Shown piece by piece: positions 52,887 through 61,835 of a stretch of 64,000 nucleotides of DNA. The DNA is from a bacterium (GTDB lineage: Bacteria > Patescibacteriota > Saccharimonadia > Saccharimonadales > SZUA-47). A program made the position numbers and the translations under genes. Under the pieces are notes generated by a model. That model was not told the DNA's origin. It did not search any database and saw only the letters and a list, made by a program, of their open reading frames with translations. The DNA lies in the NCBI GenBank assembly GCA_030428125.1, contig JAUIBF010000001.1:234383-298382 (forward strand), given 5' to 3'. The number at the start of each line of letters is the position of its first letter. Position 1 is the stretch's first letter.

Positions 52887-53838
52887 GTCGACGTTCACGC
52901 AGGTAAAGGTACGCAATCGTTCCGGGTATAAGAGGTTGCCAATAAGTTATTGTCCTGTAGAGAAGTGCGACACTGACTGCTTCTTGAGATCCGAATCCTA
53001 ATATTGATAGTGAAGTGGCTATACCTGCTTCAACACCGAATAATCCACCGGGAGTAGGCAACAATCCACCTACTAAGACGCCGATACTTAGCGCTATGAC
53101 GGCATCAGATGTTGTAATCGATAAGCCAAGAGCGTCTCCACTTAGCTGCAGGAGTAATATGTTACCAATCAGAATTATCAATGCGATTAGTAGAAGCGAA
53201 GCTAATTTTTTCGGCTGTTTTAGAAGCTTAACTGATAGTTTTACGAATTGTTTCTCCACTTTTTTAACAGATTTTTGAATTTTTCTGAAGTGATAGAGCC
53301 AAACACATAGGACCAAGATTCCTATCAGCAAAAGTCCTAAAAAGAGTAGCGACTTAGTGGATATACTAGAGAAGATCGAGTCGCGAATATCTGGTTGGTA
53401 GAAAATCACGAACATAAAAACCAGAACATTCATGATTACACCTAAGACATTGTTGGTAAGGCTGACTACTACAGCTTTGTGAACAGGGACCCCAACCTTT
53501 TTTAGATGAAATACCCCCATAGATATATGGCCAAGCCCGCCAGGGATGATGCGACCTGGTCCCGCGCCTGCAAGGTGTGCAAGAACGGTAGAAAGAAATG
53601 GAATTTTTCTATCGCAAAGTATCTTATAGCTAATAGCAGTCAGGGGTAGCATTAACCACCATAGTGCAAACGCGACCATTAAGTATAAAAGGTCTCCGTT
53701 ACGGATAGCGAACAAGCTGCTATCAATTAACTCCCATTCGCTAATTACGAAAATAATGAGTGCTATCAGGCCTAGCAGCTCTAGCACAGCTCTTCTTTTT
53801 AAATGAGGCCAATGTTCGCTTTTTAGTATTTGTTTCAT
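52879..53838 (-). CDS. Lysylphosphatidylglycerol synthase TM / flippase-like membrane protein
   Basis: Multiple TMs; PTPGGLFGVEAG and ALLYRTITYWQP motifs. Confidence 0.87.
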   Translation of the reverse strand: MKQILKSEHWPHLKRRAVLELLGLIALIIFVISEWELIDSSLFAIRNGDLLYLMVAFALWWLMLPLTAISYKILCDRKIPFLSTVLAHLAGAGPGRIIPGGLGHISMGVFHLKKVGVPVHKAVVVSLTNNVLGVIMNVLVFMFVIFYQPDIRDSIFSSISTKSLLFLGLLLIGILVLCVWLYHFRKIQKSVKKVEKQFVKLSVKLLKQPKKLASLLLIALIILIGNILLLQLSGDALGLSITTSDAVIALSIGVLVGGLLPTPGGLFGVEAGIATSLSILGFGSQEAVSVALLYRTITYWQPLIPGTIAYLYLRERRLI

Positions 53839-53944
53839 AGAATTTGTTTACTGTTGGTTTGATTATAACAGATAGCCATAAGCGTGATACAATACAGATA
53901 AATACATATAAGTTTAAAAAATCAAAAAATAATGTGGGATATAA

Positions 53945-55597
53945 ATGAAGAGACTACTTAATCAGTTATCAAAGGTTTTAGAAGGCAATATTAGTATTAA
54001 CGAGGAAGATCTAGAGTATTACTCCACCGATGGTGGCGTGTTCGAGTTAGAACCGACTGCTATCGTTTTCCCAAAAGATGTGAATGATGTCGAAAACCTA
54101 GTAAAAACAGTAGATGAATTCCACGAGCTTGGCAACGACAGGATATCCTTAACGGCAAGAGGCAATGGCACCGATCAGGGGGGAGGCCCAATAAATACGG
54201 GCATCATCGTGGATTTCATGAAGCATATGGATCATATTCTAGAAATCGGAGACGATTACGTTGTGGTGCAGCCTGGTTGTCTATACGGTCGGATGCAAAA
54301 AGAGTTGAAGAAGCGAGGGCGCTATATCCCGTCATATCCTGCTTCTATCGAGATAGCCACGATTGGTGGAGCAGTAGCAAATAATGCCGCGGGCGAAAAA
54401 ACAGTTAAATACGGTGCTACGCGAGACTATGTTGAAGCAATCCAAGTTGTTTTAAGCGACGGAACAGTAACATGGCTCCATAATGCTAGTCCATCTCAAG
54501 TTGAAGAAAAGAAAAGCAAGGATACTCTCGAAGGAAACATTTACAGACAGATAGAGAAAATTGTCGATGAGAATCAAGAGACAATTAATAATCATCCGAA
54601 CGTAACCAAAGAATCGTCTGGTTACGCGCTATGGAAGGTTAGAAATGGAAACAACCTAAACCTGGCCCAGGTTATTGTTGGTTCACAAGGAACACTTTGT
54701 TTCGTAACTGCAATTAGACTTAAGACTATCCCGATGCCAGACCCAGATAAAGTCGAACTTATCGTAAGTTATTATGAGTCATTAGACAAAGCCGGTTCTT
54801 CAGCGCAAGAGTTACACAGTCTAGAGCCAAGTGCGTTAGAAATCGTCGATAAGAATTTAATAGAACTAGTTAATAGTCAAAAACCTGAACTTCTAAAAGG
54901 ACTTCTCCCTGACGGACCTACACCAGCAGTAGTATTGTTGTGCGAGTTCGATAACCAAGATAATGAAGAAAGAAAAAATAAACTTCATCAAGCATCCGAG
55001 ATTATAAATAAATATGCATACGAGTCGGCTTTGAAAAATACTCCCGAAGAAGAAGCAGAAGCATGGAAGTTGCGTCGTTCTGCGGCTGCCGTGATGTGGA
55101 CTATACCAGGCAAGAAGAAAGCATTGCCAATTATAGAAGATGGCACAGTGCCACCACATAAACTCACCGAATTTATTAAGAGAGCATATCAAATATTTGA
55201 AAAATACGACCTAGAAATCGCTATATGGGGACATGCCGGCGACGCCGACCTGCATATGCAGCCTTTTATGGACTTGTCTAAAACATCAGATCGTAAAAAA
55301 TTATTTGCAATGACAGATGAGTTCTATAAGATGGTGCATGAACTCGGTGGTACTGCTGCGGGAGAGCATAATGATAGTCTGATGAGAGCTGTATATAGGC
55401 CAATTATGTTTGGTCCTGAACTAGAGAAGTTGTTTGACCAAGTTAAGGCAGTATTTGATCCTGAAAATATGTTCAATCCTCATAAAAAAGTCGGGGTTGA
55501 TTTCAATTATATTAAAAAACACTTAAGACACAGTTATTCTATAGAATCTATCGCGAAATTAGAACGACAAAAAGCTCAAGACACAATAGATAGATAA
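53945..55597 (+). CDS. FAD-binding oxidoreductase (GlcD/D-2-hydroxyacid dehydrogenase family)
   Basis: ARGNGTDQGG, TIGGAVANNA, WGHAGDADLH, GEHND and FDPENMFNP motifs. Confidence 0.9.
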   Translation: MKRLLNQLSKVLEGNISINEEDLEYYSTDGGVFELEPTAIVFPKDVNDVENLVKTVDEFHELGNDRISLTARGNGTDQGGGPINTGIIVDFMKHMDHILEIGDDYVVVQPGCLYGRMQKELKKRGRYIPSYPASIEIATIGGAVANNAAGEKTVKYGATRDYVEAIQVVLSDGTVTWLHNASPSQVEEKKSKDTLEGNIYRQIEKIVDENQETINNHPNVTKESSGYALWKVRNGNNLNLAQVIVGSQGTLCFVTAIRLKTIPMPDPDKVELIVSYYESLDKAGSSAQELHSLEPSALEIVDKNLIELVNSQKPELLKGLLPDGPTPAVVLLCEFDNQDNEERKNKLHQASEIINKYAYESALKNTPEEEAEAWKLRRSAAAVMWTIPGKKKALPIIEDGTVPPHKLTEFIKRAYQIFEKYDLEIAIWGHAGDADLHMQPFMDLSKTSDRKKLFAMTDEFYKMVHELGGTAAGEHNDSLMRAVYRPIMFGPELEKLFDQVKAVFDPENMFNPHKKVGVDFNYIKKHLRHSYSIESIAKLERQKAQDTIDR

Positions 55598-55602
55598 GTT
55601 AT

Positions 55603-55887
55603 TTACTTAACCTCGACAACTGATTTGTCGAAAGCTATATACCGACTAATGTCCCGCTTGATTCTTAGCTCCGCTGACGGTAGTGGGTTAGGGTAGCCCC
55701 ACATTGCGTCTTTGTTTTCACCTAGATTATAGTATTGAGCATCACCCTTCCACGGGCAGTGATACTGCGTGTCGCTCTTAGAGACTAAATCTGGATTTAC
55801 GGAGTCAAGAGGGAAGTACTGGTTGCCTTCGATATATATTGTGTCGTCTGATTCAGCAATAACATCGCCGTCCATTAACGCTTGCAT
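55603..55887 (-). CDS. DUF427 domain protein
   Basis: IAESDDT..IEGNQYFP, HCPWKGDAQYY and AMWGYP motifs. Confidence 0.9.
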   Translation of the reverse strand: MQALMDGDVIAESDDTIYIEGNQYFPLDSVNPDLVSKSDTQYHCPWKGDAQYYNLGENKDAMWGYPNPLPSAELRIKRDISRYIAFDKSVVEVK

Positions 55888-55895
55888 ATTTCCTC

Positions 55896-56147
55896 CTAAT
55901 TTAGTCCGAGAACTGTATCGATTTTTTGCCTATCGAAGCCCAGGATTAGTTCTTCTTTGCCACTATCATCAGTTATCACAGTGAAGGGAACGCCTAGTTG
56001 GCCACTTTTTTCATAGAGTTCTTGCGCTATTTTTTGGTCTTCGTCAGCTTTTTTTTCGTCAAATTTAATATCTTTACTGTTCAGGTAACTTTTAAGCATT
56101 TTACAGAAGCCACAAGTTGCAGTGCTGTAGATTGTTATATTTTTCAT
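55896..56147 (-). CDS. Glutaredoxin/NrdH-like redoxin
   Basis: IYSTATCGFC, SGQLGVP and GFD motifs. Confidence 0.92.
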   Translation of the reverse strand: MKNITIYSTATCGFCKMLKSYLNSKDIKFDEKKADEDQKIAQELYEKSGQLGVPFTVITDDSGKEELILGFDRQKIDTVLGLN

Positions 56148-56151
56148 GGTG

Positions 56152-56442
56152 CTAGTTCTCCTTTGTTAATTCTTTTAAATCTTTTACCAGTAAATCATCT
56201 GACTTCAGGGCATAGCATATCTTTTGTCCATAACGATGCTTATCTACCAGACCGATCATCTCAAAATTTCTGAAATGTTGTGAGACAGCGGAAGATGAAA
56301 TATTGAGCTTATCGGCAATCTCTCCAACGCAGTACTCATTATCAGTTTTTAAAAGTTTAAAAATTTCAAATCTTGTACTGTCACCGAGCAAATTCATTAC
56401 GTGGACTAGTCGTTTTTCATCGTGAACGGTTGTCGTTTCCAT
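56152..56442 (-). CDS. ArsR/SmtB family transcriptional regulator
   Basis: LGDSTRFEI, CVGEIA, SAVSQH and GQKICY motifs. Confidence 0.92.
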   Translation of the reverse strand: METTTVHDEKRLVHVMNLLGDSTRFEIFKLLKTDNEYCVGEIADKLNISSSAVSQHFRNFEMIGLVDKHRYGQKICYALKSDDLLVKDLKELTKEN

Positions 56443-56476
56443 AATATTAGTATTTTAGCAGACACTAAAACATACT

Positions 56477-57052
56477 TCAAGTTTTCGCTATTTCAAAGCT
56501 GTTGTTTATCACTTCTCCAAGCTTATATATTGAATACAGGATCAAAATTATGCTAACCCAGTTAAGAATATTGCTAAGCTCCTCGACAGATACAGCTGCG
56601 GTAGCACCTAATGACGCAATAATTGGAGTTAATATTGATGTACCGCAAGCCACACACCCACCACTCAATATCGCAAAGAATAGTCCAGCCCCGCCGCTTT
56701 TTTTAGGAATTTTTTTAAAACTATTCATACGGACTGCCTTTACTATCAAGGCAAAATTAATACCAAAGAAAATCCCAAATAGAATTATCCCAGTTGCTTG
56801 AGCGTTATTGTAAGCAGTATATATTCCAGTCTGAACATCCCAGATTATCTGGAGTTTATCGGACAAAGCGAACCCTGACTCAAACAGAGTAAACCGAAGC
56901 AGATCTAAGTTAAGTGCCCATATGACCAGACCGGTAATAAGAAAACTGAATACTGCAGCTAAAAGAATATAGACGGGGCTTTTAAACGTTTTTTTTATTC
57001 CAGACCAGCTATTTTTAAGTCTGAACCGTAGTGGAATTTTTATTTTCGACAT
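56477..57052 (-). CDS. Membrane protein with intramembrane CxxC
   Basis: About 4 TMs; GGCVACG. Confidence 0.8.
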   Translation of the reverse strand: MSKIKIPLRFRLKNSWSGIKKTFKSPVYILLAAVFSFLITGLVIWALNLDLLRFTLFESGFALSDKLQIIWDVQTGIYTAYNNAQATGIILFGIFFGINFALIVKAVRMNSFKKIPKKSGGAGLFFAILSGGCVACGTSILTPIIASLGATAAVSVEELSNILNWVSIILILYSIYKLGEVINNSFEIAKT

Positions 57053-57053
57053 T

Positions 57054-57764
57054 TTATTGTAGCTGCCTATCGATTAAAGCATTAAACACCGAAATCGGTT
57101 GCAAACCGATAAAGCTTTGCTCACCGATTACAAAACCCGGTGTGCCTCGTATCCCATCATCAGCAGCCAGCAATAAATCCCGGTCTATAAGGTAATTTTT
57201 AGATTCGGAGTCGATGCATTGCCTGAAAGACTCTGAATCAGCTACATAAGAACCGCTTAGCTCAACAAGCAGATCCGTGGTCAGTATATCTTCAATTTCA
57301 ATCTGGTAATTTTCGCTAGAATAGTAATTATCCCAGATGTAATTCATTACAGTGTTATGGTAATCAGTGAATGCATTTTGATCGTTTGCGCAGTACGCGC
57401 CTCTTAATGCACGCCCAGAATCTGGCCCAAAGGCAGGATAGGCACGGATTTCAAAGTTAACTTGAGAATCGTATTCTGTTGTAATTTTTTGAGCAGCCCC
57501 ACGATGGAATTTGTTACAGTTCGGGCATTTGTAGTCTATATATTCGATAACCGTAACCTTGGCGTTCGGACTACCAATTATTAAGGTAGATTCAATAACT
57601 TCAGGATTACTATTCTCGGATACACCTTGGTTCTCTTCCGAGGAAGAGATGGCTACCTCATTAGAATTTTCGTCTTCACCGTCATAGTTTAAAAAATAAA
57701 GTCCAGTGCCTGCTGCTAAGAATATTAAAATTGCCAGCAAAGTGGTTGCTACTGATTTGTTCAT
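57054..57764 (-). CDS. DsbA/BdbD-family thiol-disulfide oxidoreductase
   Basis: GSPNAKVTVIEYIDYKCPNC and GIRGTPGF motifs; N-terminal TM; GGAG SD before ATG 57764. Confidence 0.9.
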   Translation of the reverse strand: MNKSVATTLLAILIFLAAGTGLYFLNYDGEDENSNEVAISSSEENQGVSENSNPEVIESTLIIGSPNAKVTVIEYIDYKCPNCNKFHRGAAQKITTEYDSQVNFEIRAYPAFGPDSGRALRGAYCANDQNAFTDYHNTVMNYIWDNYYSSENYQIEIEDILTTDLLVELSGSYVADSESFRQCIDSESKNYLIDRDLLLAADDGIRGTPGFVIGEQSFIGLQPISVFNALIDRQLQ

Positions 57765-57881
57765 CTCCTGCCCTTTCGCAATGTTAATATTTAAGTAAGT
57801 ACTTAATCGTTGTGATATTATACTATACATTATACTAACGTTAATTTATGTGTAAAACTAATCTATAAAAGGGGTTATAAG

Positions 57882-58367
57882 GTGAATAAAGGCGTAATAA
57901 CAGCAATAATAGTTGCGATATTTGTGGCAGTTGGTGCCTTTGCTTTTCTGGGCAACGATAGTGATGACGATAACAGTAATGTTTCTACTAACTCACCAGC
58001 AAGTCCATCTTCAGAAACTAGTAGTAATCCTGTGAGTTCACCTTCCGGTGCAGGTTCGTATGTTGAATACTCAGATACAGTTTTAGCTGACACAGCCGGC
58101 ACTGAACAAGTGTTATTCTTCCATGCTGAGTGGTGTCCGACCTGTAAATTTTACGAATCAGAAATAGAAAAATCCGGAGTTCCTGAAGGAATCACGGTCA
58201 TTAAGATTGATTATGACGATGAAGATGAGCTAAAAGAGCAGTACGGAGTTACAGTACAGTCGACATTTGTTTGGCTTGATGCTAACGGTGAAGTGATGCA
58301 GTCTTGGCCTTTTGCTAGTGGACTAAAATCGCCACAAGATCTTTTTGATGTAGTTCAAGAAGGATAG
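57882..58367 (+). CDS. Membrane-anchored thioredoxin-family protein
   Basis: FFHAEWCPTC and YGVTVQSTF motifs. Confidence 0.9.
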   Translation: MNKGVITAIIVAIFVAVGAFAFLGNDSDDDNSNVSTNSPASPSSETSSNPVSSPSGAGSYVEYSDTVLADTAGTEQVLFFHAEWCPTCKFYESEIEKSGVPEGITVIKIDYDDEDELKEQYGVTVQSTFVWLDANGEVMQSWPFASGLKSPQDLFDVVQEG

Positions 58368-58370
58368 TAA

Positions 58371-59096
58371 ATGGAATTGCAGCTTGTTTTCGTATCTTTA
58401 ATAGCTGGGGCATTAACAATCCTTGCTCCTTGTATATTTCCTTTGCTTCCGATTCTGATAGGCACCAGTGTAGACGGAAAAGCCGATAGAAACAGAGCTT
58501 TTACTGTAATAGCTTCGCTTTTAATATCAATTGCTGCACTAACGCTTCTAATACATGGAACTTCTAACTTTTTCAATATAGATGAAGGGGTATTAAGAGG
58601 AATTAGCGCCACTATTCTTGTATTGATAGGTCTAGTTATGCTGTTCCCGAGAGTTTGGGAAAAATTAATAGCAAAACTTGGCCTAGGAACATCAAGCAAT
58701 AAATGGTTAGGTAAGGCCATGTCTAAGGGTGGTAGGAGTGGAGATATCTTAATTGGTGCGGCCTTGGGGCCGGTTTTTTCAAGTTGTAGCCCGACATATG
58801 GAGTAATAATTGCTACTATTTTGCCGGCAGATTTTGCTGAAGGTACATTTTACTTGCTCTGGTATTTATTAGGTTTAGGACTTATGTTTGCTCTCATAGC
58901 GTTCTTGGGTCGCAAATTTATTTCCAAAATTTCATGGGCGACAGATCCAGAAGGTTGGTTTAAGCGATCAGTCGGTGCCCTATTCTTGCTAATTGGAGTT
59001 TCTATTTTCTTTGGTTGGGATAAAGATTTCGAAGCTTGGCTTCTGCAATTTGAGTTTTATAACAATTTAGTTAATTTTGAATTAGATTTGCTGTAA
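58371..59096 (+). CDS. ccdA: CcdA/DsbD-TM family electron transporter
   Basis: LAPCIFPLLP and GPVFSSCSP motifs; about 6 TMs. Confidence 0.9.
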   Translation: MELQLVFVSLIAGALTILAPCIFPLLPILIGTSVDGKADRNRAFTVIASLLISIAALTLLIHGTSNFFNIDEGVLRGISATILVLIGLVMLFPRVWEKLIAKLGLGTSSNKWLGKAMSKGGRSGDILIGAALGPVFSSCSPTYGVIIATILPADFAEGTFYLLWYLLGLGLMFALIAFLGRKFISKISWATDPEGWFKRSVGALFLLIGVSIFFGWDKDFEAWLLQFEFYNNLVNFELDLL

Positions 59097-59158
59097 TTGA
59101 TTTAACTTCTTTTCATCGGTAGTGATTCCTGTATACTAGATACTCGTACAGGAGATTT

Positions 59159-61342
59159 ATGGCGAATAATAAGCTCGTTATCATATCAACGCGCTTGCCC
59201 GTGAGTGTTAGCAAGGTAAATGGAAAGTTACATTACTCCCAGAGCACTGGAGGGTTAGCTACCGGAGTCTCTACAGTTAGTAAATCTCGAGATAGCGTTT
59301 GGGTAGGATGGCCAGGCATAAGCTCCGACGAATTAACAGCTAAAGACAAAAAAGAGATTACAGAAGAGTTAAAAAAATACAAGTGCCATCCGGTGTTTCT
59401 CACAGAAGAAGAAATCGAGAATTTTTATTCAGGTTACTGTAATGCAACAATTTGGCCCCTACTCCATTACTTTACAAATATGACAGAGTTTAGTGACGAA
59501 TATTGGAAGTTTTATAAAAAAGTTAACCAGCTGTTCTATAAAGAAACTCGGCAATTTGTTAATGGGGGCTCGCAGATTTGGGTACATGATTATCAACTAA
59601 TGCTGCTACCTAATTTGATTCGTGAAAAACACCCTAATTCATTAATTGGATTTTTCTTGCACACGCCTTTCCCGTCGTTTGAAATATTTAGACTACTGCC
59701 CGAAAGAGAAGAATTGCTCAGAGGACTGCTGGGCGCCAACTTAATTGGTTTTCATACCTACGACTACGTTCGACACTTCTTAAGTAGTACCCTGCGAACT
59801 TTGGGATACGAGAGCAGTTTAGGAGTCATTCAGCTTGAGGATAGAGTCGTGCAAACCGATGCTTTCCCTATCGGAATCGACTACAAGAAGTTTGCAAAAT
59901 CTGGCAAGTCTAGATTAGTAAAAAGTACTATAAAATCTTTTGATTTATATAAAGAAAAGACCAAGGTCATCCTAGCCGTTGATAGGGCTGACTATACGAA
60001 AGGCATCCCAGCCCGTCTAGACGCCTTCGAGATGTTTTTGCAGAAACATCCGGAGTATATTGAAAAAGTTGTGATGGTTCTACTTGCCGCACCATCACGT
60101 GAAAATGTAGACGCATATCAGCAGCTACGTGAAGAAATCGAGCAAAAGATTAGTCGAATAAATGGCGAATACTCGACGGTGGACTGGTCGCCAATTACCT
60201 ACTTCCATAAATCAATGCCGCAAGAAGAGGTCAGTGCTCTTTACGCAATTGCTGATGTGATGCTCGTAACACCTTTACGCGATGGGATGAACCTCGTCGC
60301 GAAAGAGTATGTAGCAGCAAAGCATCGCCAAAAGGGAGTATTAGTATTGAGTGAGATGGCAGGAGTTGCCAGTGAGTTAACTGAAGCTCTTCAGGTGAAC
60401 CCAAATAACACCAAGCAAATTGCAAACGCAATTAACCAAGCTTTAAAAATGAAACCTTCGGAGCAAAAAAAGCGCATGCGAGCAATGCAAGACAGGATTT
60501 CAAGCTACACCATTAATAAGTGGGCAGAGGACTTCATCGCAGAACTAGAAGAGACAAAGAACAAAGAGAGTAGGCATCCAAAACTTCTGAGCGACAAAAA
60601 CAGAGGAAATCTAATAAATGATTATAAAAATGCGAATAGACGATTGATAATGCTTGATTATGACGGTACATTGAAAAGTTTTGTTGCATCTCCAGATAAA
60701 TCGCTTGCATACCCCTCATCCAAAGTTCGCAGGATAATCAGGCGCATGACTAATGATCCAGCAAATAAAGTCGTCATAGTGAGTGGCAGGCCAAAGAATA
60801 CTCTAGAGGCATTCTTCGAAGACAAAGGTTTAGGTTTAGTAGCAGAGCATGGCGCTTGGGTTTTTGATGCCGGTAACTGGGTTAAATCTTCGCTGACTTC
60901 TAAAAAATGGAAAAAGCCACTCATGCCAATCCTGCAGCAATTTGCCTCAAGGACTCCGGGTGCGGTGCTTGAAGAAAAAGATTTCTCCTTCGTTTGGCAC
61001 TACAGGAATGTGTCAGCAGATCTCGCATTTGTGCGAAAAGAAGAGCTTAAAATGGAACTTCATAACATACTTGGCGATTCAGAAATTGACGTTTTTGAAG
61101 GCGAGAAGATTCTGGAAGTTAAACCACGAAATATGCATAAAGGAGCGATTGTAACCGAGCTAGTTTCTCAGGAGCAGTGGGATTTTATTCTATGTATGGG
61201 GGATGACTATACTGACGAGGATATGTTCAGAGCCTTGCCCGAGCGTGCAAATTCTATTCATGTTGGATCGGGCGAAACCGAAGCTCGATACATAGTAGAA
61301 AGCGTCAAAGACGTTGTTAACCTGCTAAACGATCTCAAATAA
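59159..61342 (+). CDS. Bifunctional trehalose-6-phosphate synthase/phosphatase (OtsA-OtsB fusion)
   Basis: GT20 motifs ([32 protein letters not shown]) plus HAD motifs ([17 protein letters not shown]). Confidence 0.96.
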   Translation: MANNKLVIISTRLPVSVSKVNGKLHYSQSTGGLATGVSTVSKSRDSVWVGWPGISSDELTAKDKKEITEELKKYKCHPVFLTEEEIENFYSGYCNATIWPLLHYFTNMTEFSDEYWKFYKKVNQLFYKETRQFVNGGSQIWVHDYQLMLLPNLIREKHPNSLIGFFLHTPFPSFEIFRLLPEREELLRGLLGANLIGFHTYDYVRHFLSSTLRTLGYESSLGVIQLEDRVVQTDAFPIGIDYKKFAKSGKSRLVKSTIKSFDLYKEKTKVILAVDRADYTKGIPARLDAFEMFLQKHPEYIEKVVMVLLAAPSRENVDAYQQLREEIEQKISRINGEYSTVDWSPITYFHKSMPQEEVSALYAIADVMLVTPLRDGMNLVAKEYVAAKHRQKGVLVLSEMAGVASELTEALQVNPNNTKQIANAINQALKMKPSEQKKRMRAMQDRISSYTINKWAEDFIAELEETKNKESRHPKLLSDKNRGNLINDYKNANRRLIMLDYDGTLKSFVASPDKSLAYPSSKVRRIIRRMTNDPANKVVIVSGRPKNTLEAFFEDKGLGLVAEHGAWVFDAGNWVKSSLTSKKWKKPLMPILQQFASRTPGAVLEEKDFSFVWHYRNVSADLAFVRKEELKMELHNILGDSEIDVFEGEKILEVKPRNMHKGAIVTELVSQEQWDFILCMGDDYTDEDMFRALPERANSIHVGSGETEARYIVESVKDVVNLLNDLK

Positions 61343-61398
61343 CAGATTGAAAAAACACCCCTAAAAAGGTAAAATAACATAAGTCAAAAACCAGATAT

Positions 61399-61473
61399 TG
61401 GGGTGTAGCCAAGTGGTAAGGCAACGGGTTCTGGTCCCGTGATGCGTAGGTTCGAATCCTACCACCCCAGCCA
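61399..61473 (+). tRNA. tRNA-Gln(CTG)
   Basis: TGGGGTG..ACGGG-TT-CTG-GT-CCCGT..GGTTCGAATCC..CACCCCA-GCCA. Confidence 0.97.
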
Positions 61474-61694
61474 AACTAGGACACCATCCATTCGGGTGGT
61501 TTTTAGTTTGTTTTGGGATGCAGGATTGTTACGCGATCATAGATCGGGGTGAAATATGCCTGTGGCATATTGCAAGGCAATCTTCGCTTGCAAACTAGTT
61601 TGCAAAGTAGAAGTTGCGGGCCTGCTGGAAGCAGGTCGAATCCCTCCACCCTAGCCAAGAAAAAGTAATTAACTAAATCCCTCCATCCCAGCCA
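61474..61694 (+). repeat. tRNA-linked structured unit with two copies of the tRNA-Gln 3' end
   Basis: Terminator, TGCCTGTGGCA hairpin, then GTCGAATCCCTCCACCCTAGCCA (61635-61657) and AATCCCTCCATCCCAGCCA (61676-61694). Confidence 0.8.
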
Positions 61695-61772
61695 GGAATA
61701 AATAACTAACAAAGCCTCATACCTTAAAAATAGCAAACAATAAACAACCCCTCTTGTCCCCGGTTAAACGAA

Positions 61773-61820
61773 TTGACCTTAATCCTAATCAGAAGTATTA
61801 TCAATACAAGGTTGATAATA
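61773..61820 (+). promoter_or_regulatory. Promoter with overlapping inverted-repeat operator for the RND gene
   Basis: TTGACC-17-TATTAT; TATTATCAA-N7-TTGATAATA. Confidence 0.6.
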
Positions 61821-61835
61821 AGAGGGGATTTAGTT

